A DNA stretch of 64,000 bases, from the NCBI RefSeq assembly GCF_910592395.1, contig NC_088308.1:1240001-1304000 (forward strand). The letters run 5' to 3'. Position 1 is the stretch's first letter. Each line of letters begins with the position of its first letter. Positions 24,824-36,667 of this stretch are shown in pieces. The translations under genes were made by a program, and so were the position numbers. The DNA comes from Lineus longissimus (lineage: Eukaryota). The notes beneath the pieces were generated by a model. The model was not told the DNA's origin. It saw only the letters and a program-made list of their open reading frames with translations, and ran no database searches.

Positions 24824-27800
24824 ATGGCTCATTTCACACAACCTACGATTGCTGACAATGCTGATGGTTGGGGACCTGCTGGGGTACCTGATGAATTTAA
24901 AGATATGCCCTACCAACCCTTTTCTAAGGGAGATCGGTTGGGAAAGGTGAGGCCCTTTTCTTTTTGTTTCTATACCCGGACATCTTTTACTCTACGAATC
25001 GGTTTCCGGATGATGGAGTCTACAGAGTTCATGAGACATGTATGGTGCTGCTCCCCAATTTCGAGTCATCCCCAATTCGCGAAAACCCGTTTTTTCCCGT
25101 TTTCTCGCGTGTCACTTCGTTTCCAGAGAAGAAATTTTCTGATTTTTGATTTTCATTTCGTTCCGCAAAGAAAGCGCCCAAAATGCGTCCTAAACAGGCA
25201 AGCAATTCTCTAATTACGTTCAAAACACTGGGTCAATCTCTAGGCGATCATGCACTGCACAGAAACACAACAATCAGTCGCCCATGCGCAATACCCGCGA
25301 AAATGGGGGAGCCGCTTCGGATTTGTTTTGGTCTGCATCGATCTTTCAGTGAGCGATTTCAAGATTAATTCACGCTTAAAACATCCACGCAGCACCCCAG
25401 ATATTTCGTTATTGATCTCAAATTTCATAATAAATAAGCTTTTGCGTGTATGGAATCGCTGGAAGCTAGTAAATCTGCACTTAGTGATAAGACCCGCGAA
25501 AACTGGATCCTACATGATACTGTTGAAAGAGCTCAGTATGAGTAGTGTAAAACATTCAGGGAAGACTCTGCCACAGCCACATGAAAAATAGCACATGACA
25601 TCACTCGAATACATGATCTTGGCACTGACTCATTGAACCTAAATCAGACCACACATTTTCTTGATTCCATTTGTTGTATTGTAGGTGTCTGATTGGACTG
25701 GCACACTTTATCAAGACAGGAGAGCAATCAGTAAGTAGAACTCATGCATGGAAATCACTAAAACAGCTCCTCAGCTTCCTGCCATCCAAGATTCAGAACT
25801 TTGGGGCCTTTAAGTGAAGAAGACAGTGAGTTTACAAGTTCTTCTAATATCAAGTGGTTGAATTGTCCAGGAAGACGAGGTTCGATACATTTTGAACTGG
25901 TGTAAAACCCTTCAATATTCTTCAACAATCTTCGACAATTCAATTCCAGATAAGTACCAATCTCAGTTTGGTGCTGGCAGTCAGTATGCCTACTACCATG
26001 AAGAGGATGAGAGCTCCTTTCAGCTTGTGGACACTGCCAAGGTTTTGAAGCCAGCCTATCAGAGAGGCAGGAACAAGTTCAACCAGAACAAGCAGCGTAG
26101 AGAACGTGAGAGGCGTGCCCAGCAGGCCCAGGCTAAGATGGAAGTGCTCTCCAAGACACAGAAAACTAGGGAAAGGGATCGTCAGAGGCAGTTGAGGAAA
26201 CTCCAGAAACAATTTGGAAAGCAACTACAGGATAATAACAAGAGGGTAAGAGTTCTATTGAATCGACTGCGCCTTTTCAGGGTCTGTCTCTGTGAATGGG
26301 TCAACATGAAAGTAATGAACAATCTTCAAAATTTGTCATAACTGCAACTTTGATTTTCTTCCAGTTTAACGTTAGGACTCGTGAAGCCTCTGTGCAAGTG
26401 CGTGATACTTGGGAGGTATTGGAGGAGTTGGACTTCCCACGTTTGGCAAAACTCTCTCTGCCTGACATCACTGAGCCTAAGGACTTGTAAGTATCCACTG
26501 GGCTTGTTGTCCCTGTCCCCATGGTCACCGTAATCTTAGATAAAAACAGGATAACAGGCAGAGTGTTTACCCCTCTGAAGGGGAAGACCCTAGTCAATGT
26601 GCCACACCATTGCTATTCTGGGCTGATCAACTCTGATAAACAGCGTGGCACATTTTAGGCCTAATCTTGTTATTTTAGATATTAGTTATTCACCTGCTTG
26701 TGGTAAGAAGAAGAGATATGGTAGAACGCCAAAAACTGATTTCCCTGTTTAAGAATTAAGTGATACTAAACTTTCTCTTATTTGCAGGTTGAAGGCCGGT
26801 TCAGTAGAATACTATGACAAGGTGTACGACCGAGTTAGCACCAAGAATGAGAAGCAGTTGAGCAGAATCAATAGGGTTTTCCATAAAGTCACCACCACAG
26901 ATGACCCCGTCATCAGGAAGGTACGCGCAACTGAAATGTCACTACAGGCATCAAGGCATATGCACTAGATTGAACACAATTTGGCTGTGATCATACCTGC
27001 ATTCAATACAAAATCTGTTCTGTTTTGTTGTAGTTTCAGTATACTAGTTAAGTTATTTAAATCCAACCAATAATTTCGATTATCTGTGGTATTAGCAGTA
27101 TTGTTCTTGTTCCAGCTTGCTAAGACCCATGGCAATGTGTTTGCCACTGATGCCATCCTGGCCACCATCATGTGCTGTACTAGGTCATCCTATTCCTGGG
27201 ATATTGTTGTCCAAAGAGTTGGAAAGAAGCTCTTCTTGGATAAGAGGGATGAATCTGATTTTGGTTAGTACTTTATGCCCATGTTTTGTTGAGTTTGAAG
27301 AAGGGAGCGTGACTCGGTGCACCCCCAAGCTATTAGACGTGTGGTCAAGAGAAGAGTTTCATGAGAGTAGAGTATCAGTACACTTAATCTGTGACGTCAA
27401 GAGAAAATGTGTGATGAGTTCTCTGCTTCTTCCAGATCTGTTGACTGTGAGTGAGACTGCCATCGAACCACCCCAAGATGAGGGCAACAGTATAAACTCA
27501 CCGAGGAATTTAGCATTGGAGGCAACATTTATCAATCATAACTTCTCACAGCAGGTTTTAAAAACGGTAAGTGGGGTCGGCTTGTTTCTGATATCGGGCC
27601 GAATCTTGATATATTTGTAAGGCAAGTCTAAATCATCCAAGTGTGGTAGGCTTCCATTCATGCTGTGGTCTGTTGCCAAGACAACAATATTAACTACCGA
27701 AATGCCACTTCTGCAGAGCGGCCCTCAATGAACTGTTACATACTCGAAGGGCGTTTGGCCCTCTATTGATTACATGGTTCATATCATCATGCTAAGCTTT

Positions 27801-30226
27801 ATCTTCTGCTTGTTAGGGAGAGGATACAGAAAGATTATCGTTTGAGCACAAAAATCCATTTGTGCAGGAAGGAGATCAAACCCAGGTGGCGTCTGTAGGA
27901 TATAAGTAAGGAAGTCTTTTTGTTCGCTTCAATTTACCCTTTCTGAAGCCCTGACAATCACGTCACACCATGTGGACAGTTACAGCATGAAATCAGTGGA
28001 TTGTATCATCACTTCTTTCCTTAGGGTCAATGAATGCAGTTGTGCTGTTTAAAGAATAAAAATCAACTGTCTTGTTGTTGGTAGTTTCAACTTCAAGTGA
28101 ACTTGTTGTGTGAAACCTACTGTCGTCCAATTTTATAGGTTTGAGTATATCCAACTCGATGCCTTTTGTATAGTTTTCTGTTGATCAATTAAAACATAGT
28201 GCACCTCCCTGCTGGCATTTGTTTCCTAACTCCTGCCTTTCACGTTGGTGCTATAGTATCCTTGGATCATTTCATGGCAGACGCACCTCGCTTGTGTTTC
28301 TGCTGACTTATCTGGTCCAGACAGTGTCATCACTTAAAGTTTATACTCTACGCTATGATCAGTTGTTGTCATGGAAGTGAAACCATTGTGATTCGTTCAC
28401 ATTTTACTTGCATCTTTTACATGTAATTCTAATTTGACCATGAAAAAGCTCGACATCAGTGCCTGCACCTCCCTGCTGGCATTTGTTTTGTAACTCCTGC
28501 CTTTCACGTTGGTGCTATAATATCCTTGGATCTTCATTAGATATTGCAGTATCTCAGTGTTACTGCTGCATCATTTGATCCAGACAGCCCTTTAGTAAAT
28601 GGCCATTCTGAAAATTGTAATATGTTCACTGCAACCCTCCCGACACTGCCTCATAAACACGACTTGATCTCCTCATGGAGTTTCATCGGCATATCTTCTC
28701 TGTCTTGAAACCTCTGGTAAGGTCACAGCAAACAAACAACCATTTTATTTTCATGACAGTTAAACTGATTTATTTGCTTTTTTCTCCAGATATCGTAAAT
28801 GGGATATTGGAAACGGTATAGAACTGGTTTGTCGGTGTGAGCATGATGCGGTGATGATAGGGCCTAATGGAGAGCTTCAATTTGCTAACATCAAAACATT
28901 GAATGAATGGGATTGTCGGGTGAGTGGTTCTTTCTTGAGTTCATCTGCTCTGAACTTGATGGAAGCAGTGTTGCACTGGGGAAGCGGCGACGACCTCCAT
29001 CAGAATTGAGCTCGAAGGAAGCTGAATTCTTTCTAGTTCTAGTTCTTGGAAGATGTAGAATTAAAGCGGAACGTTATTGTTAGGTTTTTACACTTCGTCC
29101 GATCTGTTATTCATACCATCCTTGGCTGGCATGAAAATCTACCCAACCTTTACCTTTCTCATGAAAGAGAATGTGCAACAACAAGATACCCAGTATTTGA
29201 CAAGCCAGTTTTTCTTTCAGTACTCCGGTGGAGTGGATTGGCGGGCTAAGCTGGACAACCAGAGGGGAGCTGTCCTGGCAACTGAGTTGAAAAACAACAG
29301 TTGTAAACTTTCCAAGTGGACTGTCTGCGCCCTCTTGGCTGGCTCTGACCAACTCAAGTTTGGGTAAGAACAATATGGCCTCTTTCTTGTTTTGCCTCAT
29401 GCAGTCTAAATTCCCTTCCTCAAATCTTAAATAGTGCAGCCAGGCACCTTCAAGTGCTCACCATCGACGAACCTTACAATTCAAGTGTAAGAGCTGCTCT
29501 TTTTATTGTGAGAGTGATTGGAGGTTGAACTTAAACTTGAAAACAGATGACGCTTGTTTTACTGCAGGTTGTCCAGCACATCCATGTCCTGGGATGATGT
29601 CACAGTTCTGTGGTGCAGAAAGTGGTTTCAAATGTTTTAGTTCTCAGTGTTCCAATTCACTTTCTCATTGCAGCTATGTGTCTCGGTACCATAACCGTGA
29701 CTCGGCGAACCACGTGATCCTTGGTACCCAGCAGTTCAAGCCTGCTGAGTTTGCCAACCAGATTAACTTGAACATGGACAATGCATGGGGTATCCTGAGG
29801 TGTATCGTCGACATGTGCATGAAGCTGGATGAAGGAAAGTACCTCATTCTAAAGGATCCCAACAAGGTGAGACAAGTTTAAGTGGTCTTATCAAAGCATT
29901 CTGGTTGTGACTTCGTCCTCATAAAGACAGTTTGGGATGAATGGAAAGTATAATGAAACAGCACAGGAGCTCTTTCTGTGCAACTCGGTCACTATAAGGA
30001 TGATTTGTTATATATGTATCCTTTCATGCCACCTAGAAAGTGACACTTCATACCTTTGCGTCATAGATTTGCTGATTTTCATGCATGACTGATTCTTGCT
30101 TCTTCTCACCTCCAGCCTGTTGTGCGTATTTACAACATCCCGGACAGCACGTTTGAGTCTGACGAAGATGAGTCTGATGAGTCAGAGGAGGAGGAGGAGG
30201 ATGAAGAAGGAGATGAGGGTATGTAG
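24824..30226 (+). CDS. EIF3D: Eukaryotic translation initiation factor 3 subunit D, ~554 aa
   Basis: Exons 24824-24946, 25685-25730, 25950-26245, 26365-26486, 26788-26920, 27116-27263, 27436-27566, 27817-27905, 28790-28919, 29221-29363, 29674-29866, 30116-30226 (alternative last exon 31746-31756). Motifs [67 protein letters not shown], acidic tail. Confidence 0.97.
28199..28326 (+). ncRNA. Box H/ACA snoRNA candidate, copy 1 (EIF3D intron 8)
   Basis: Hairpin GCACC..GGCA..TGCC..GGTGC, H box ATAGTA (28253-28258), hairpin TGGATCA..TGGTCCA, ACA at 28321-28323; ~128 nt; duplicated downstream. Confidence 0.75.
28463..28589 (+). ncRNA. Box H/ACA snoRNA candidate, copy 2 (EIF3D intron 8)
   Basis: Near-identical 5' hairpin, H box ATAATA (28517-28522), basal stem TGGATC..GATCCA, ACA at 28584-28586; similarity to copy 1 stops at the predicted RNA ends. 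Confidence 0.75.
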
Positions 30227-32361
30227 AACAAAGGTTAACATGAGACTTTCCTGCTGACTGAGTTTGAGTGGTTTTCTTAACCTGCTTGCAGTAAAAGTTC
30301 TGAACATCTTAAATCCTTTTACAAATTCAAACTGATTGAGAAAAACTGAAGAACCGTTCAAGAGAGACTGATCTCTCACATCCCTCACTTCATTCTTAAA
30401 AAGATGATGTGAGATGCTCGGGAGGTTTGGAAGTGAAAAATGAGGAAAAGTGTCCTATGCAGTCCTAGTCTAAGCAGTGATCTAGATACTGGTATCAAAT
30501 TGTGACGAGAAAAAGATGATTCAAGCCATCTTTTAGAATGAAAATAACGACATATTCTTCGATCTTTGTAAATTTCTAGCATCGAAAAATCAGAATGAGG
30601 GACCATAGTTAGTAAATATGTAAGAGTTAACAAGTTACATGCTGTAAATGTTGGCACATCACTGGTCACTTTATGTTGTAAATGTTCATGTACAATAGCC
30701 ATATGTTGAAACTCTTTCATACTGTGTGTTGAACATTTGTTGTCAGAAGCTGGCAGCACACACATGCATCATGCACATTGTGTGTTACCAACTCAAGTGT
30801 TTGCACTTTGTTGTGTCTTGTATTCAAAACCTTCCTGAATCTTTGCTGTCAGCAGTGTCCTAATTTGCTTGATTTGAAAAAAATTTCCACCGTTGCACTG
30901 GCTTCCTTGATTGATTCGGTGATAATATTTGTGATCGTCGTAAGTTCTTGATGGAAATGCATCTTTGACTGACACAGTATGATCAGAAGGCATTGTTGTC
31001 TTCCACAGCTCAAGATATGAGTAGACTTATATTCTCCACATAGCTTTAGGACACTATAAACATACATTTAAAGGGCACTCAGGAATGGTTTGAATATTTC
31101 AACTTGTTGTTTCCGTATTCACTTTGTTTACTAACTCATCCTTGTCACAAACAAGATTTGTTGCTGAAGAAGTATTGGCTTTGTACGGTCTACCACTGGA
31201 CTCTCTCTCCACATTATATGGCACAATATGTCTAATAATCTTCATTGTCCTTCAACTGGGTTTGTCTCATCCCGGTTAATAATAATACACTCACATGTGG
31301 AGGAGTCAACACCACCTTCACAAATCATTGTGATACAATGAAAGATAACGTGCACTTCACCTTGCACACTCTATCCCTGTTATGTGTTGTGATTATTATG
31401 GTTATTTTTGTGTTGTCAAACTTGTATACCTGGTGCCTGTCATATATCATTCTGACATCGCTATTGCCACGGTGCTCAGATGTTTACAGCTGCTTTAAGG
31501 CTGCATGTATGAGGTTGTACGAAACCATGAGCACAGTGAACATGACATATTACCACCAGTTGTAGCTATTCTTCTATCATAGGAGCATCGTAATTTAGCA
31601 GAACATAATATGCTATCCTCCTAAGAAGATAATGTACCATCTCTAGTTTGGTCCTGTTATCCATATCAATCATCGGATATATATAACTTCCATTTTCAGC
31701 TCGTTAAGAAGTGTACTTTATCGTGTCTTTTCTTTCCCCTTTCAGATTACGACTAATGTACAGCCCTGCTGCAGCCTTGTGGATGAGACTGCTGCATCAT
31801 CGCGGCTGTTATAGATCATCTGGGTTAGGATTCAACCTTTGGGTCATATTTATTATAAACTTTGGGATGGTAAAAGTGTTTTTTTAAAGGACGATATGGC
31901 ATGCAATATCAACAATGTAAGACAGGAGAAGTCCTGATATTGTCATCAAAATGTACCTGTATTCGTACTCTTTTTCAAAATCGTATGTCATCAGAATGTG
32001 GACAGAACTGTCTTATCCAGATTAATCATGTTAATGGTGTTCTTGTGAGATTACAAGCCCAAGTTACTGATATGAGTATTCTTTGTTGAGCTGTCTCACA
32101 TAATGCTAATGGTATTCAGGTGTCGAGATCAGTCCCTGGTTGTATTCTGAAGTCAATTAAATTCCTTGATTTCAAAATGTATCTTAATAATTTTCTGTTA
32201 TTTTGCCTTCTGCTGATAAACTTGACCATACTGGTTGTGACATCAGTGAGTTCCAACTGGATGTGACATGTCTCCCTGACCCTGAAGAGCTTTCACTACA
32301 GCCCAGACATCAGTGATTTCAGACTGATTGTGACGTGTCTCCCTGACCCTGGAAACCATTG

Positions 32362-34085
32362 GGCAGAGCGAGCACTTATCTGTCTCCACCCCAGAGCTAG
32401 CACTGAAGCTTGTCTTCAGGATGGATTGTTCCCCCAATACACCATCGCCCAGAGCTAGCACTGAAGCTTGTCTTCAAGATGGATTATTCCCCCAGTTCAC
32501 CATCACCCAGAGCAAGCACTGGTCTGTCTGCAAGACAGGTTGTTCCCCTAATACACCATCGCCCAGAGCTAGCACTGAAGCTTGTCTTCTGGATGGATTG
32601 TTCTCCCAGTTCACCATCACCCAGAGCTAGCAGTGATCTGTCTTCAAGACAGGTTGTTCCCCCAATACACCATCGCCCAGAGCTAGCACTGAAGCTTGTC
32701 TTCTGGATGGATTGTTCTCCCAGTTCACCATCACCCAGAGCTAGCAGTGATCTGTCTTCAAGACAGGTTGTTCCCCCAGTACACCATCGCCCAGAGCTAG
32801 CACTGAAGCTTGTCTTCAGGATGGATTGTTCTCCCAGTTCACCATCACCCAGAGCAAGCACTGATCTGTCTTCAAGACAGGTTGTTCCCCCAGTACACCA
32901 TCACCCAGAGCAAGCACTGATCTGTCTTCAAGACAGGTTGTTCCCCCAGTACACCATCGCCCAGAGCTAGCACTGAAGCTTGTCTTCAGGATGGATTGTT
33001 CTCCCAGTTCACCATCACCCAGAGCTAGCAGTGATCTGTCTTCAAGACAGGTTGTTCCCCCAATACACCATCGCCCAGAGCTAGCACTGAAGCTTGTCTT
33101 CAGGATGGATTGTTCTCCCAGTTCACCATCACCCAGAGCAAGCACTGATCTGTCTTCAAGACAGGCTGTTCCCCCAATACACCATTGCCCAGAGCTAGCA
33201 CTGAAGCTTGTCTTCAGGATGGATTGTTCTCCCAGTTCACCATCACCCAGAGCAAGCACTGATCTGTCTTCAAGACAGGCTGTTCCCCCAATACACCATC
33301 GCCCAGAGCTAGCACTGATCTGTCTTCAAGACAGGTTTTTCCCCCAATACACCATCGCCCAGAGCTAGCACTGAAGCTTGTCTTCAGGATGGATTGTTCT
33401 CCCAGTTCACCATCACCCAGAGCAAGCACTGATCTGTCTTCAAGACAGGTTGTTCCCCCAGTACACCATCACCCAGAGCAAGCACTGATCTGTCTTCAAG
33501 ACAGGTTGTTCCCCCAGTACACCATCGCCCAGAGCTAGCACTGAAGCTTGTCTTCAGGATGGATTGTTCTCCCAGTTCACCATCACCCAGAGCTAGCAGT
33601 GATCTGTCTTCAAGACAGGTTGTTCCCCCAGTACACCATCGCCCAGAGCTAGCACTGAAGCTTGTCTTCAGGATGGATTGTTCTCCCAGTTCACCATCAC
33701 CCAGAGCTAGCAGTGATCTGTCTTCAAGACAGGTTGTTCCCCCAATACACCATCGCCCAGAGCTAGCACTGAAGCTTGTCTTCAGGATGGATTGTTCTCC
33801 CAGTTCACCATCACCCAGAGCAAGCACTGATCTGTCTTCAAGACAGGCTGTTCCCCCAATACACCATTGCCCAGAGCTAGCACTGAAGCTTGTCTTCAGG
33901 ATGGATTGTTCTCCCAGTTCACCATCACCCAGAGCGAGCACTTATCTGTCTTCAAGATAGGGTGTTCCCCCAATACACCATCGCCCAGAGCTAGCACTGA
34001 AGCTTGTCTTCAGGATGGATTGTTCCCCCAGTTCACCATCGTCCAGAGCAAGCACTGATCTGTCTAAAAGATAGGTTTTTCCCTA
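32362..34085. repeat. Minisatellite array of related 58-bp (A) and 56-bp (B) monomers, mostly as 114-bp AB dimers, about 30 monomers
   Basis: A: cccagagctagcactgaagcttgtcttcaggatggattgttctcccagttcaccatca; B: cccagagcaagcactgatctgtcttcaagacaggttgttcccccagtacaccatcg. Confidence 0.97.
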
Positions 34086-34216
34086 TATTACAAAGTGGTT
34101 CCTTGAGAGTGTTTGACTAAATATACATGCATTCAGAAAGAAATGATATTCATTCGCTATATCACGGCTCATTAACATATGTGCTTCCACTTGTTGTATT
34201 AATCCTCTAGTAGAAC

Positions 34217-34284
34217 CGCTCGTTGGTCTACTGGTACGATTCGTGTTTACGCTGCGAGAGGTCCCGGGTTCGACTCCAGAGCCA
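34217..34284 (+). pseudogene. tRNA-Pro-derived pseudogene
   Basis: GCTCGTTGGTCTA..GGTA.GATTC and TGCGAGAGGTCCCGGGTTCGA.TCC match tRNA-Pro arms; anticodon loop altered, 3' side shortened; followed by a T-run. Confidence 0.75.
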
Positions 34285-34559
34285 TACGTTTTTTTTAAAG
34301 GCTGGCCAAACGTCTGTGCTGCCACAAGTTGTATCAGTTTTTTAAACTGGGGATCTGAGGAGGTAATGTTCTTTGCTCCCCATTCTCCCCGGATGTAATC
34401 AATCTTCTATTGAAGGATACTATTTTCCCACGTTTTTATTTCCAATGTTATCGCCACAAGATCGATCATTTATCAGCGAGAGATTTACAAAAACTATTTT
34501 TATTCATATCGAGTCATTAGATTTGATGAGAAGGCACTAGTCTTGTATGTCTCCCTGTA

Positions 34560-34920
34560 GAGACCATGTCACAACCAATCCGATGGCATGGCCTGGTCTC
34601 CAAAACGATTCAGTCTCCTCCTGTTGAGACCTTGTCACAACCAATCTGATGGCAGTAGCTGTCACAATGTCCATGGCCTGATTACTGGTTGCCAAAACGA
34701 TTCAGTCTCCTCCTGTTGAGACCATGTCACAACCAATCTGATGGCAGTAGCTGTCACAATGTCCATGGCCTGATTACTGGTCGCCAAAACGATTCACTCT
34801 CCTCCTGTTGAGACCTTGTCACAACCAATCTGATGACAGTCGCAGCTACAACGGGCCAGATCTGAATAGCAGTTACCAGCCGGCTTCACTCGTCCTAGGC
34901 CTTGTCACAACCAAGCCGAA
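34560..34920. repeat. ~92-bp tandem repeat, 3-4 copies with degenerate ends
   Basis: gagacc(a/t)tgtcacaaccaatctgatggc...ccaaaacgattcagtctcctcctgtt starting at 34560, 34626, 34718, 34810. Confidence 0.9.
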
Positions 34921-36667
34921 GAGAGCAGCTGTCACTGTTCACCATGATCCAAGATATTTTTTGTTAGGGTACCTATAGGCCCTTGTGGCTGCGGTATCGC
35001 GACGACCAGGTTTTACCTGTCTTCATCACAACACAGGGCCACGGTATGAATCTGTAGGACATTCGAGTTTATGGCAATGGTCCATGTATCATGACCATTT
35101 TATTAGGTACACATATCTTTGTCCCAGCTATGGTATAAGCTGCGGTAGTGTCATTGATAATAAACCATGTCTTTGAGGGTAGGTAAGGACATAGACAATT
35201 GAGACGGTACCGGCCCATGAATGGTTTGTGACTTGGTCCATATTCTACTTCACAATCAGTAACAACTAATAAACTCAGGTTCTGACTCAGGACGAGCTAC
35301 GTGCTTGCCACTGACAAGGACCATCCACCCAGCAGGCCTTCCTCGTGTACAACATGTTGGAATCAATCATTTGACACAACATGGGCAACATAAAGGAGAC
35401 ACAGATATAAGTTGTACAACAAATTTATTCACAATTAATGTGCCAATTTAAAACTAATAATTCATAAAGAATAAAACAGCTTGAACCTAACGACTCATTT
35501 ACACTGTAATCTTGGCTCTGAACCTTTCACTGGGTGGTCTAAAATTACAAAAGAAAGACCGATGCATAATCTCCATCCTTACTTCCTAAATTCGGTATTC
35601 GGAAGGTTGTGGCTCCCGGACTGCAAGTGACCTGCCGTTTGACACGAATCTCTTGCGACATCTGATACCCGGCTATCTCGAGAGAGGCGGGGCAGTTTCT
35701 GTCTGTGGTAGCCATGTGTTACCAACCTCTAGCAGGTCGTAGCGAGTAAAAATCGCTTGTTTGCCCGCAAAAAGGGGAGCATTGTAAGATGATATGACAC
35801 GCTTCATTGAATACTTGCTCACGTGACCACAGTACAATGTATTATCTTATGTTCAAAGTGAGTGTATACAGTGCCTATCTTTTTATGAGAACATAAAAAA
35901 TTTTATGAGTGCACCTGCTACACAAGTTCAACAGAAAAGTTTGGGTTTTTATAGGCCCGACATCACAGTAGGCCAGCACAATGCAAAGTACCTTTGCCAT
36001 TGTTGTGTTCGTTATACCATTGTCAATGGCAACCGGTAAATAAACTTGACCTCTCAGGCACAACATGCATGTAAGAAACGGCCAACTTCAGAGAGTTAAT
36101 CAGCTATTAAAAGAATCTTAATACAAGCTAGCATGGCTAGGCTATGGCTTAGTCCAATAATGCATTTGAGGGATTTTAAACTTGGCATTTTGTTGAATCA
36201 AACATGCATTGAGTAATAAATCTTCGAAATCAAGTTTTACGCCAAGCTTTTACGCTGTTATTGTAAGGTGACCATCAACCTTAGATAGAAATAGGCCAAT
36301 ACATAGGCCTACCCTGGGAGGAATCGGATTTCTTGGGTGGATTTTCTAGAGGTTCTTGTCTTGTAATACGTGACGGATTTCAGAAGATAATTTTAATCAT
36401 GTTTAACAATCCAATACATGTGTACCATTGTCTCAGATCTTGCATCCTTTATATACAACCAACAAGCAAAATATCGCGAATGCCATCAAGGAACAAACAC
36501 AAAGGTCTCACTATAAAATACGCAATTTTCACGTTTTTAGAATGCTTCTGCGTTGTAAATCATTGTTTATTCCTTTATGGAAGTCGCAAGGAATGTCGTT
36601 AGTGGCTAATAAGGCCGTCATTATTGAACAAGATGGCATCGTTTAGGCTTGTAGTGGTCTATGCACC

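Noticed and set aside
28206..28246. Assignment of an rRNA pseudouridylation target (e.g. 28S ..UUACCACAGGGA..) to the duplicated snoRNA
   Set aside because: Only partial complementarity from remembered rRNA sequence; it needs this species' rRNA and a guide-prediction run.
31241..31552. U17/snR30 (SNORA73) because of AAACCAT near an ACA
   Set aside because: The m1 motif ATATTCCTA is absent and the m2-to-ACA spacing does not fit.
32243..34058. Repetitive ORFs on both strands (MDCSPSSPSPRAS.., MLALGDGELGEQ..) and a possible CRISPR array
   Set aside because: By-products of the 114-bp (38-codon) dimer; frames break at extra monomers. There are no unique spacers or cas genes, and the context is eukaryotic.
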